DNA of 64,000 bases from positions 81,728 to 145,727 of the IMG/VR virus record IMGVR_UViG_3300046786_000331, one strand, 5' to 3'. Below are positions 9,499 through 18,695 of the stretch, in pieces. A program made the position numbers and the translations under genes. This stretch comes from a virus. Every line of letters begins with the position of its first letter. Position 1 is the stretch's first letter. The notes under the pieces are model-generated. The model was not told the origin of the DNA and did no database searches. It saw only the letters and a program-made list of their open reading frames with translations.

Positions 9499-9504
9499 TA
9501 AATA
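9499..9504 (+). promoter_or_regulatory. TAAATA late-type promoter
   Basis: AATAAATA in the intergenic region upstream of the fibre gene, followed by a GGAG SD. Confidence 0.55.
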
Positions 9505-9535
9505 TTAGAACTAACATAAACCCTGGAGTTTTATT

Positions 9536-10492
9536 ATGCCCTTACAGATTCGCAGAGGCAACACCGCTGAAATCAACGCTATCACGCCACTAGTAGGCGA
9601 GATTATTTACAATACACAAACCGGAAGCCTCCACGTTGGTAACGGTACAGATCCTGGTGGAGTAATTGCCACAGCATACAGCAATGACATGGCCAAAGAT
9701 GCTGCTGCTGAATCTATCGCAGACGGCACACATTCCAATATTTCCTTTACATACAATCCTACAACTAAAGCATTAAGTGCAGCGTTGGATGCAAAGATTT
9801 CAACAGATTTAAAAGGATCTGTTTATGATGCTACAGATACATTATTGCTAGATGCTACCACAAATACATACTACGGAAATGTTGATTCTGTTACCGGTTT
9901 GAGTTATTTTAGTGCTGTTAATATTCGTAGCAATGTTTATAGTTCTGTATCTAGTGCATTTTCAGTAACACAGTCTCATAACATTGCTGATGCCAGAAAC
10001 GTTTCTTTTTTAAGATCTAGAGGTACTTACAGTTTCCCAACTGATGTACAAACAGGCGACGATCTAGCAGAGTTTGCATGCCTAGGTTATGCAGGTGGAC
10101 AATATGTAGTGGGCGGTCAGATTACAGTAAAGGCAGACGACACTGCTATTTCTAGTACATCACTAAGAACCAAGTTCCAATTCTTTGCTAACGGTGGCGC
10201 TGGAGTTCTAAGAGAACAAATTTCTATCGAAGCAAACGGTTTGTTAAAAGCTAACTATGGTATTACAAACAATACACTAACATTAGATGGTAATAAGATT
10301 TCAACTATTGTATCTAATGCAGATATCGAATTAGATCCTAGTGGTACAGGTACTGTAGATTTTATGGTTGCTGAACAAACAACTGTTGGCTCAGCAGGTG
10401 GTGCAACTGCATTACCAGCAACTCCTACAAAATACTTTAAGATTAAAGTTAATGGTGTTGCATATGTTGTTCCAGCATACGCAGTTTCTTAA
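9536..10492 (+). CDS. tail-fibre/virion appendage protein with Mtd-N-like N-terminus
   Basis: MPLQIRRG...PLVGEIIYNTQT..LHVGNG resembles the major tropism determinant N-terminal pattern; Thr/Ser/Gly-rich; C-terminal ALPATPTKYFKIKVNGVAYVVP. Confidence 0.75.
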   Translation: MPLQIRRGNTAEINAITPLVGEIIYNTQTGSLHVGNGTDPGGVIATAYSNDMAKDAAAESIADGTHSNISFTYNPTTKALSAALDAKISTDLKGSVYDATDTLLLDATTNTYYGNVDSVTGLSYFSAVNIRSNVYSSVSSAFSVTQSHNIADARNVSFLRSRGTYSFPTDVQTGDDLAEFACLGYAGGQYVVGGQITVKADDTAISSTSLRTKFQFFANGGAGVLREQISIEANGLLKANYGITNNTLTLDGNKISTIVSNADIELDPSGTGTVDFMVAEQTTVGSAGGATALPATPTKYFKIKVNGVAYVVPAYAVS

Positions 10493-10505
10493 TTTAATTG
10501 ATAAT

Positions 10506-10534
10506 AAAATAGGACCTTCGGGTCCTATTTTTTT
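10506..10534. terminator. bidirectional intrinsic terminator, identical to the 2510 copy
   Basis: AAAATAGGACC-TTCG-GGTCCTATTTTTTT between convergent genes. Confidence 0.9.
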
Positions 10535-11022
10535 GAATATTCTTTATACCAATTTACTACATCGTGATAGTTTGTGCCCTTGGGCATGATAAGTGTAAAC
10601 AGTATTCGATCTCTATCGTCTAAATTTATTACAGTATGTCTTTCTTGAGAATTAAAAATATACCATGTTTCTGGTTTATATTTTAATTCTACGATAGGTT
10701 CAACGTACATATTATCTCGTTCTGGATGAGTAAACAATGAATGAGAATTGTATTCTTCTAATACCATGTTTAAGGAACATCCAATGTTTGCATCTTTGTG
10801 CCAGTGATATACCTGCTTAGATGGAAACTTATACAGTTTAAGTCTACCATTGAACTTGGTAGCAATATCTTTTATAAATGGATCTGAATGTATAGTTTCA
10901 TAAAAGTTTGAAGCAACAGTCATATAAGGAATCCATTGCCACTCTGCCGTAGGGATATACTTTTTAACCGCTTCTATATTTTGATAGGGCTTGTCCAATT
11001 CATAAAAGTAATTACTATTCAT
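10525..11022 (-). CDS. Fe(II)/2OG-type oxygenase-like protein
   Basis: WHKD, CSLN, RHTVIN, RILFTL. Confidence 0.65.
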   Translation of the reverse strand: MNSNYFYELDKPYQNIEAVKKYIPTAEWQWIPYMTVASNFYETIHSDPFIKDIATKFNGRLKLYKFPSKQVYHWHKDANIGCSLNMVLEEYNSHSLFTHPERDNMYVEPIVELKYKPETWYIFNSQERHTVINLDDRDRILFTLIMPKGTNYHDVVNWYKEYSKK

Positions 11023-11464
11023 CTAAACGTCTTTCCATAATTACCATCACACCTTTGTAGCCAACAGACTTACCAATCTGAAACATTTTTTGATTGTTCA
11101 AATTGAACCAGGTTACAACTTTATTGCGACCCAACTCTTTTGTTAAGGCAGATACATTATTGTGCAATTCTTTATAGATGCCTTGTTGACGATATGCAGG
11201 ATCTACATAAGCAAGTACTACCCAAACTCCGCCACTTTCCTTAGATCTTTCTAAATCGTAAAACAATGCTCCGGCAATGTTATCATTTACTCTTGCCCAA
11301 ATAACTCCATGTACATCTGGCAAAGAGTTTTTAATATCTCTACCATGCTTACCTGAATTAAGTTCTTGCAACTTTTCTAAAAAATATTCATTATGTTCGT
11401 TACATGATTCGTGAGTTAAAATAACTTCAAATCCCTTTGATGTAATAAATGACGATTGTTCCAT
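11015..11464 (-). CDS. GNAT family N-acetyltransferase
   Basis: AYVDPAYRQQGIYKEL acetyl-CoA motif A; N..M....KSVGY motif B; start moved to ATG 11464. Confidence 0.8.
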   Translation of the reverse strand: MEQSSFITSKGFEVILTHESCNEHNEYFLEKLQELNSGKHGRDIKNSLPDVHGVIWARVNDNIAGALFYDLERSKESGGVWVVLAYVDPAYRQQGIYKELHNNVSALTKELGRNKVVTWFNLNNQKMFQIGKSVGYKGVMVIMERRLDE

Positions 11465-11470
11465 AGCCTG

Positions 11471-11504
11471 ATATTTATTGTGTAAAATAACAGACAATAA
11501 ATAT
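11471..11504. promoter_or_regulatory. divergent late-type promoter pair forming an 11-bp inverted repeat
   Basis: ATATTTATTGT-N12-ACAATAAATAT; each arm holds AATAAATA pointing at an ATG 5-7 nt away. Confidence 0.7.
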
Positions 11505-11508
11505 TGCT

Positions 11509-12402
11509 ATGAATCACACAGACTTGTTTGGATGTAAGTATCCTATAATATCGGCACCTATGAATAAAGTGTCGGATTTAAAATTAGCAATAGCTTGCCA
11601 CAACGCAGGTGTGTTCCCTAGTCTATCCTTGTATACTTTTTATGTTATCGATACACTGAGGTTAGATTTATTTGACACAGCATTAAAAGAGTTTAAATCT
11701 CAAACAGGATCCAATAAAATCTTAGTAAGTTTGCTAACATCTGATCTACTCGATAAACAAATTCAAAATATACTAATCGAAAATCAAGTAAGTCATTTAG
11801 AAGTTATCGATGATAAAACTGTTGTTGACAGCGATGTTTGGAATACAGTAGTTAACGAAACAAAGTTTTTGCAGAGTAAAAATATTAAGATATTTCTCAA
11901 AGCATTAACATCTAGAAACACTTCTCTTGAAGTTGACGGAATAATTTTGAAAGGTAGTAAGGGTGCAGGACGTGGAGCAGAGTATGTTGACATTGACGAA
12001 GAACTAATCCATATCAAGAAAAAGTTTCCTAACATGCCCGTGGTAATGTCTGGTGGGATTACTTGTTCTGCAGATATACAAAAGTATTTAGATTTAGGTT
12101 GTAGTGCAGTTGCTATAGGAACATTGTTTGCTGCGGCTGAAGAAAGTCCTATCAGTGTCGAAAGCAAACAAAAGATGATAGATTCAACGTATTCGGATGT
12201 AGTAAGATTTGGAAAGGTAAATCAAAATGCTTTAGTTTTTAGACCTTTACCGAATGACGATTATAATAATACAGTATCATTATTGCACGGGATTAGAAAC
12301 CCCAAGCAGGGTATTATTTTTGCAGGCAAAGGAATTAATAATATTGAGAAGATACTGCCAATGAAAGATATTGTAAATGAATTAGTAAAGGATTTGAAAT
12401 AA
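11509..12402 (+). CDS. nitronate monooxygenase/FabK-like FMN TIM-barrel oxidoreductase
   Basis: YPIISAPM, PVVMSGGI, AVAIGTLFAAAEESP, FAGKG. Confidence 0.8.
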   Translation: MNHTDLFGCKYPIISAPMNKVSDLKLAIACHNAGVFPSLSLYTFYVIDTLRLDLFDTALKEFKSQTGSNKILVSLLTSDLLDKQIQNILIENQVSHLEVIDDKTVVDSDVWNTVVNETKFLQSKNIKIFLKALTSRNTSLEVDGIILKGSKGAGRGAEYVDIDEELIHIKKKFPNMPVVMSGGITCSADIQKYLDLGCSAVAIGTLFAAAEESPISVESKQKMIDSTYSDVVRFGKVNQNALVFRPLPNDDYNNTVSLLHGIRNPKQGIIFAGKGINNIEKILPMKDIVNELVKDLK

Positions 12403-12403
12403 G

Positions 12404-13225
12404 ATGTTTATAGGACATATAAATGATATTCGAGAAAACGAGTATCTGCCATTAAAGCAATTTAATAATAAAAAAGTTATTTCTAACTCAGATAGCCTAC
12501 AGCTTATCTCAAATGTGTGCCCACATCAAAAAAGTTTATTAAGCGTAGAGAAAGGATCCGGCGCCAGAGTATGTCCGTACCACGGATGGAGTTTTGACAT
12601 AAAGGGAAAGCCGTTAGGTTCAGGATTAACCGCCTGTAAGAATACTAAGGGACTTGAAACACAACCTGTATATCAGTGGAACAATTTATTGTTTACAAAG
12701 CCTGTGGCGGCTCCTGCTGCGGATTTTATTGATACAAAGAACATGAAACTAGTTGAGACTAGAGTAGATCATGTTAAGGCATCTGCAAATAATATCATGG
12801 ATCTATTCTTGGATGTGGATCATATTGAATTAGTTCATGCTGGAGTCTATGACGAACTAGGTATGCCCGATATCAGAGAAGTCGATTGGCACTATTATGA
12901 GTGGGGCAGTCTGCAACTAGTACCTGGGCCTGACGGTTACGGTGCTGCATGGTTGGCAGTGTATCCTAATACTATGATAGAGTGGCAACAAGGAGCAATG
13001 TTCATTACTGTTGCTAATGATCTAGGAAACGGTTCTAGCGATGTTGTTGTTTACAAATACAGAGACGTTGCTTATACTTCAGAACTATGGGAAACGAATA
13101 GTAGAATATGGGAAACCGCTTGGCACCAGGATAAGTCCCAAGCGGAATTGTTAACAGAGTTTAATCAGGATAATTTAGAACCTGCCAAACAACATTTTAG
13201 AAATTACTTATTTGGTTCTGTATAA
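12404..13225 (+). CDS. Rieske non-heme iron oxygenase (alpha-subunit-like, compact)
   Basis: Rieske ligands CPH...CPYHGW; mononuclear Fe motif DxxH-x4-H (DVDHIELVH) and distal QD. Confidence 0.85.
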   Translation: MFIGHINDIRENEYLPLKQFNNKKVISNSDSLQLISNVCPHQKSLLSVEKGSGARVCPYHGWSFDIKGKPLGSGLTACKNTKGLETQPVYQWNNLLFTKPVAAPAADFIDTKNMKLVETRVDHVKASANNIMDLFLDVDHIELVHAGVYDELGMPDIREVDWHYYEWGSLQLVPGPDGYGAAWLAVYPNTMIEWQQGAMFITVANDLGNGSSDVVVYKYRDVAYTSELWETNSRIWETAWHQDKSQAELLTEFNQDNLEPAKQHFRNYLFGSV

Positions 13226-14118
13226 GGAATGTTTTCGTAAAATCTACGAGTTTCACCTGTACCGGATTTTAGAAACTTAATAAAATCTCTAAACGGTGTA
13301 CGCATTGCGTGTTTCTCATAAAGCAATGGAGCTTTCAAAAACGGGACTTTTTCAAATCCTGCATACTTAGGAAAGTAAATCAACTCGTCCTTCCAATATT
13401 TTCCGTAGATCAAAGGCTTGATATAATAGTCCCATCGGTCAACAGTTCTTAAATTAACACCTTCCTTGGCTAATCCGTTAAAGGCAAAGTATGACCAAGA
13501 GTACATACAAGCATGAAGAATTTCTTCGTCTAAAATACTTGCTAGGAACTCACTAGTGTCTCCGTAAAAATGAAACTTTCCTTTTCTAGGAAGAGATTCA
13601 AAGGCACGTTGTCTTGCAATTTCCGGAGTGTTGTATCCCATAAACCAGAAGCTTGCACGTTCTTGCATTGAGATAATAACATAGGGATCATGTGTAATAG
13701 AAATAAAATCGTAATCGTCTGGCAGTAGGCTTAGGAATTTTTTCTGTAGGATAGAATTAACTTGTATGCCAGTTGCTTCAGCTTCGGCTTCCATTTCTTC
13801 TTTATAGTCGTAAGGATCAAAATCAATAATGTGTGTTTTGATTCCGTACTTCTTATCAACAATTTTTAAATTGTTGTATTCGTTATCGTTATACCCAGGC
13901 AAATACAAAAATGCTGTTTCGACAGGAATGTCTTGTGTTACAAAACTATGCAATACACTTTGGCTGTCAATGCCCGAACTCAAACTAATCATTAGTTTTG
14001 AATTTGATTGTGCAATGTCGAGTGCTCGCTTGTCCGATTCTTGGCGCATATTTCCTACAGGGCGAGTGCAGGCAGTGTAATCAATATACCATTTGCCATC
14101 TTCGAAACCGTGATTCAT
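13204..14118 (-). CDS. divergent PP-loop ATP pyrophosphatase-like protein
   Basis: ISLSSGIDSQ PP-loop variant; C-terminal KYAGFE like 6525..7445. Confidence 0.6.
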   Translation of the reverse strand: MNHGFEDGKWYIDYTACTRPVGNMRQESDKRALDIAQSNSKLMISLSSGIDSQSVLHSFVTQDIPVETAFLYLPGYNDNEYNNLKIVDKKYGIKTHIIDFDPYDYKEEMEAEAEATGIQVNSILQKKFLSLLPDDYDFISITHDPYVIISMQERASFWFMGYNTPEIARQRAFESLPRKGKFHFYGDTSEFLASILDEEILHACMYSWSYFAFNGLAKEGVNLRTVDRWDYYIKPLIYGKYWKDELIYFPKYAGFEKVPFLKAPLLYEKHAMRTPFRDFIKFLKSGTGETRRFYENIPYTEPNK

Positions 14119-14142
14119 AAACTGTCCTTATAATTAATACCA

Positions 14143-14165
14143 CGTATTTAATGCCTATAAATACG
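14143..14165. promoter_or_regulatory. divergent late-type promoter pair (8-bp inverted repeat)
   Basis: CGTATTTA-N7-TAAATACG; plus arm contains TATAAATA. Confidence 0.65.
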
Positions 14166-14179
14166 ATACGGAAATAATT

Positions 14180-15340
14180 ATGCTAGATAAAAAATTAGGT
14201 TACTACATCTGCAACGGGCAACACTTTGATTCCAAAATCAAAGCATTTATGTATTCACTAGAAGTAAAACAACCAGTTGCCTGGAATTTTAACAATCGTG
14301 CATTCAAAGAAAATAATTGGGCCTTGGAACCTGTAGAAACTTTGGATCAATTGTATGATGCTCGAGCTAGAGAGCTACGAGAGAAATACGATTATATCAT
14401 GTTAAGTTACAGTGGTGGGGCAGATAGTCATAACATCTTAATGGCATTTGTGCGACAGAATCTACATATAGATGAAATAGTCGTTAACACTATGACTAAG
14501 GCTACTGAAAAATTTACAGTCTTAGATCCCAATAACAAAGAAAATAAAAATGCCGCGGCAGAGTATGCTTTACAAACATTACCTCGCCTCAAGGAAGTAG
14601 AACATAAAATTCCTAAAACTAAAATTACAGTTCTAGACTTAACGGATCATTTATTCAATATGCTTGAGGGAGTAGGTGATGCAAGTTGGATTATGGACAA
14701 GCGAGAACAGGTAAACATTGCCGGTGCTACTCGATTCAACTACACACACTTTGATACTATTCGTAAGCAGTTTGATAAAGATAAAAAAATTGCGTTAGTA
14801 TTAGGTTTAGAAAAACCAAGGACATATATTGATAATGGAAACCTTTACATTGTATTTCACGATCGTGCTGCTAATATGGTTACTGTGGCAGAACATATTA
14901 GAGATTACACAAACAGCGCAGTTGAATATTTCTACTGGAGTCCAGACGCCCTTAGGATTCTAACCAAGCAGGCACATGTTATCAAACATTGGTTAGAAGC
15001 GTTTCCAGAAAATCAAACACTGTGGGCAAAAGAAAACTTTAGTCCAGAGAGTTATAGGTTTGTACACGAACGTATTCTCAGAGGATTGTTATATACAACC
15101 TGGGATAACAATTGGTATCAGGCAGACAAAGCAGTTAAAGATTGGTACAGTGAATTCGATGCTTGGTTCTATAACGGATACGCAGATACAAAAGCCTTCC
15201 GTGTTTGGCAGGAAGGCTTGCAGTATTTAGAAAACAACCTTGGCCCTTATGTTAAGAAAGCCAAGGATGGAACAGCCGATGCTCTTATTTCGCTGTCTCA
15301 GACGTATCTGGTTGGTCCAGTGCGGACTTACCCCAGGTAA
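14180..15340 (+). CDS. PP-loop (adenine nucleotide alpha-hydrolase) protein
   Basis: LY..RA..LREKYDYIMLSYSGGADSHN, GLEKP, EYFYWSP; paralog of 16557..17738. Confidence 0.7.
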   Translation: MLDKKLGYYICNGQHFDSKIKAFMYSLEVKQPVAWNFNNRAFKENNWALEPVETLDQLYDARARELREKYDYIMLSYSGGADSHNILMAFVRQNLHIDEIVVNTMTKATEKFTVLDPNNKENKNAAAEYALQTLPRLKEVEHKIPKTKITVLDLTDHLFNMLEGVGDASWIMDKREQVNIAGATRFNYTHFDTIRKQFDKDKKIALVLGLEKPRTYIDNGNLYIVFHDRAANMVTVAEHIRDYTNSAVEYFYWSPDALRILTKQAHVIKHWLEAFPENQTLWAKENFSPESYRFVHERILRGLLYTTWDNNWYQADKAVKDWYSEFDAWFYNGYADTKAFRVWQEGLQYLENNLGPYVKKAKDGTADALISLSQTYLVGPVRTYPR

Positions 15341-15749
15341 TTCTGTTCCACACACGTTCGTGTGTGTAGTAGATAATGATGTTGATAATTGTGGCAATTG
15401 TTAAAAATGCCGCTGCTGCTTTCCACGAACCTGTCATAATGTAAGGAATCATGAAGTTATTGATTGTAATCAATATACGCCATGTAATCGACTTGCTGAT
15501 AGTTCTAGGCTGTCCATCAACAAACATATTAGTATCACCTGGCTTGCGATTCCATTGTGCATAGTTCCATGCTCGCTCATGCAACCAATGTAAACACATA
15601 TTGATAACTGCGGCAACTCCGAGAATCTGTGCGCCAATGATCCAAGAACCCGATACAATGAATCCGTTCAATAAATGACTTAGTGAAAACAAAACTCGAA
15701 TAGTTAATGTTTTCGCAATGCTCCGAGATTGTGTCTCTGTATATTGCAT
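15285..15749 (-). CDS. tandem DUF2061-like membrane protein
   Basis: Two repeats of RSxxKxxTxR...HERxWN with TM helices; AAGG SD. Confidence 0.75.
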   Translation of the reverse strand: MQYTETQSRSIAKTLTIRVLFSLSHLLNGFIVSGSWIIGAQILGVAAVINMCLHWLHERAWNYAQWNRKPGDTNMFVDGQPRTISKSITWRILITINNFMIPYIMTGSWKAAAAFLTIATIINIIIYYTHERVWNRITWGKSALDQPDTSETAK

Positions 15750-15790
15750 ATTACACCTTAAAGAAAATACTTATCAATAATATTACACCA

Positions 15791-15796
15791 TAAATA
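15791..15796 (+). promoter_or_regulatory. TAAATA late-type promoter, leaderless configuration
   Basis: 5 nt before ATG 15802, no SD. Confidence 0.6.
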
Positions 15797-15801
15797 TCGT
15801 T

Positions 15802-16560
15802 ATGACTAAGCCAGCGTTATTAATTTTTGGAGATAGCTTTACTTCGGACTATCGTGATCCAAAAAGAGAACATTATGAGTTGCGAAAAAACATGTTTACA
15901 TTTCATGATGAACTAGCTGCATCAGGAATGTTTTCATCTATTAAAAATTTTTCAGCTCCTGGATCTAATTTCTGGTGGTCCTATGAAGAATTCAAAAAAG
16001 TCTACAATCCAAAAACTACAATTGTATTATGGGCAATAACCTATCCCGGTCGTGTGAGTGATTCTAAGTTTGGACATGTTCCTAGTTATATTGACGCAGT
16101 AGCTAAAATAAAAAATTTTAAAGAAACTAATGTCCTTAAATGGGAGAATTTAGAGTTCTATAAAGCTGCAAGAGATTATTTCTTTTATATAAGCAATCAA
16201 GAGTACAACATCAGGGCTCAACATCTTATTGTAGAATCTATTTTAAAAGATGAATTGCTTGATAATTTTTTATTGATGCCGTGTTATCACGAAAGTCTTC
16301 CTTTTGCTATTCAGCCCAAACATGCTTTAATTGATATTTTCAATCTAGAAAATCAAGCATTGAATATTAAGAACTATGCTGACTGGCTAGACAATTTTAC
16401 TGATTCGCGATGCAATCATATTACTGAAAAGAATCATAAAATTCTAGGACAGACAATAATCGAACACATTAATAATAATAAAAAAATACTAGATATTGAT
16501 CTACAAAATTTTGTTAAGCCAAGCAAAGAAGAACTTTCAACATATCTTTTTAAAAAGTGA
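15802..16560 (+). CDS. SGNH/GDSL-like hydrolase or acyltransferase
   Basis: IFGDSF block I, NFSAPGS block II, C-terminal DSRCNH...NHKIL. Confidence 0.6.
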   Translation: MTKPALLIFGDSFTSDYRDPKREHYELRKNMFTFHDELAASGMFSSIKNFSAPGSNFWWSYEEFKKVYNPKTTIVLWAITYPGRVSDSKFGHVPSYIDAVAKIKNFKETNVLKWENLEFYKAARDYFFYISNQEYNIRAQHLIVESILKDELLDNFLLMPCYHESLPFAIQPKHALIDIFNLENQALNIKNYADWLDNFTDSRCNHITEKNHKILGQTIIEHINNNKKILDIDLQNFVKPSKEELSTYLFKK

Positions 16561-17738
16561 ATACTGTACATCCAATACTAAACAGCAAATACGGTTGCTG
16601 GCTTGTTAATAAAATACCATTTACTTCTAAAGTAGAAGCGTTACGGTATGCAAGCCAGCACGGCAACCCAAGAGTATATTATTACTTTCACAATCATGTT
16701 TGGGAAGGAGTTGATAAAAATACGCTAGGTAAAATTCCTCTAACAACTCTATACAAAGAACGTGCTCTGCAACTTAGAGACAAATATGATTATCTAGTTT
16801 TACATTATTCTGGAGGCTCTGATAGCCATAACATATTACATACGTTTTTATCTAACAACATAAAATTAGACGAAGTTACAGTAAGATGGCCAAAGCCATT
16901 AGTGGACGGAAAGTTCTATACTCCAAACACTCAAGACAAGAGTGCCAGGAATAGTCCTAGCGAATGGAACTTTGCTATTAAGCCTACATTAGAATATTTG
17001 AAACAATATCACCCGGATATTAAAATAAACATTGTCGACTACGGATCAAACCTATCTGAAAGATTTTTAAAAATAGATCATATCGAATCTAGAATTAAAT
17101 TTAATGGAATTGCTAGAGGCGGACTTGCTAACACTGTTTGGCACGTGGATCCTAAAGTAGAAGGTGCAATGGCACAATTAAAAATAGATAGCGTAGGACA
17201 CTTATTCGGAATCGAAAAACCTATTTTGTATTTTAAAGATAATGCCATTTGGTTTCAATTTATGGATGGTGTGTGGGACACAGCAATAATGCCCAGGAAT
17301 AAAATAGAAGAAAAGGTAGAAGCATTTTACTGGAGTCCGGAAATTCCTTTGCTGCCTGTTGAACAAGCATATCAATCAGCATTGTGGTTCAAGGTAAACA
17401 AAGAAAAGCAAAAAGTTATTACCGAACGCACTGGTATGACTGATGCCGATTATCTAAAACAATTTGCAGATCAAGGCGAAATACACAAAGCAGTCTTGTA
17501 CAAAGAATCTTGGGATATGAATAAGTTTCAAGCAGGCAAACCTAATATATCTAGAAGCGATTGGTTTTTCTGGCTATTCGAAAATCCAGAAATGCTATCG
17601 ATGAGACAGAATTGGGAACGTGCAATGATTCACATTGCTGACGGAATACACGATTCTTATCTAACTAAAGTAACAGAGAATCTTAAATTTCTCAGACCCA
17701 TTCATACAAAATTATTCCATTTGTTGGATCTAGATTAA
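16557..17738 (+). CDS. PP-loop (adenine nucleotide alpha-hydrolase) protein
   Basis: LYKERALQLRDKYDYLVLHYSGGSDSHN, GIEKP, EAFYWSP; GTGA overlap start. Confidence 0.7.
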   Translation: MNTVHPILNSKYGCWLVNKIPFTSKVEALRYASQHGNPRVYYYFHNHVWEGVDKNTLGKIPLTTLYKERALQLRDKYDYLVLHYSGGSDSHNILHTFLSNNIKLDEVTVRWPKPLVDGKFYTPNTQDKSARNSPSEWNFAIKPTLEYLKQYHPDIKINIVDYGSNLSERFLKIDHIESRIKFNGIARGGLANTVWHVDPKVEGAMAQLKIDSVGHLFGIEKPILYFKDNAIWFQFMDGVWDTAIMPRNKIEEKVEAFYWSPEIPLLPVEQAYQSALWFKVNKEKQKVITERTGMTDADYLKQFADQGEIHKAVLYKESWDMNKFQAGKPNISRSDWFFWLFENPEMLSMRQNWERAMIHIADGIHDSYLTKVTENLKFLRPIHTKLFHLLDLD

Positions 17739-17764
17739 ATAGCTCTACACTATCAAGGAAAACC

Positions 17765-18694
17765 ATGAGTATATTAAAAACCATTTTGTTGGCGTTAATG
17801 TTCACGTCGATTAACGCTGTTGCGAATCCCTATAAAGATGTACCAAAAAATGTACAATTCTATATACCCTACGGTCCAGGAGGTGTTGCAGATGTACAAT
17901 ATAGACATCTAGAACAATACCTAGCTGGTAAAGGTATCACATTAACTGCAATTTATAAAGCAGGTGGAAACAGTACCATTGCCGCAGCGGAGTTTGTAAA
18001 TGCTCCGAAAGACGGATCTGTTCTTATGTTAAACTCAACAAGTAACTCTTGGTTAGCTGAACAGAGATTAAATAAAAAAGTTATCGATCCTATAGTTACT
18101 ACCGGTGGAAATGCTAATGCAATTATTACATATCCCGGCAGTAAGTATGAAAACTTCGATGACTTTATCAAGTACCTACGTGCAGGCGATACTGATATTA
18201 AAATAGGTTGGCATGCAGTTGCTAATTTGTTAAATATTCGACAACTTGCAGACAGGGTAGGAGCTCCTACTCCGTTAACTGTACCTTACAAAACTTCAAC
18301 TGATTCTAGTAGAGATGTTGCAGGCAAGCATCTTTCAGTGGCAATTGTTCCTATGACAACAGCAATACCTTTATTAGAAGCAGGGCGAGTTAAGATGATT
18401 TTTGGATTTGCAGCAGGCTCGTCTGGATTGCCTCCTGGTACATTTAATATCAAGAGTCGATATCCGAACTGGAGACATGATGAATTATTCTTTATTGGAT
18501 TGCCACCAGGATCAGACGATAGTGCATTTAAAGCATGGACTCTGATACTTAGAGAATATTTGAATCTTAAAGAAACAGAGGAAGCATATCATAAAGCATA
18601 CTTTGGTAGAGATGTAGGTGGGCCAAATTATGTAAATGAAGTTGTTACACGTCAAGGTGAAGCTCTTAAAAAGTACAATGTTGAGATAAAGTAA
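17765..18694 (+). CDS. Bug/TctC tripartite tricarboxylate transporter substrate-binding protein
   Basis: Signal peptide; IPYGPGGVAD, YKAGG.STIAA, APKDG, VPYK, GLPPG; TAAATA 17736 and AAGGA SD. Confidence 0.8.
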   Translation: MSILKTILLALMFTSINAVANPYKDVPKNVQFYIPYGPGGVADVQYRHLEQYLAGKGITLTAIYKAGGNSTIAAAEFVNAPKDGSVLMLNSTSNSWLAEQRLNKKVIDPIVTTGGNANAIITYPGSKYENFDDFIKYLRAGDTDIKIGWHAVANLLNIRQLADRVGAPTPLTVPYKTSTDSSRDVAGKHLSVAIVPMTTAIPLLEAGRVKMIFGFAAGSSGLPPGTFNIKSRYPNWRHDELFFIGLPPGSDDSAFKAWTLILREYLNLKETEEAYHKAYFGRDVGGPNYVNEVVTRQGEALKKYNVEIK

Positions 18695-18695
18695 T

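Noticed and set aside
9536-10492. Diversity-generating retroelement suggested by the Mtd-N-like domain
   Set aside because: No reverse transcriptase ORF and no TR/VR repeat pair differing at adenines was seen in the window
2509-10536. Identical palindromic 32-mers as CRISPR repeats or att sites
   Set aside because: Only two copies, 8 kb apart, with classic terminator structure; no cas or integrase gene in the window
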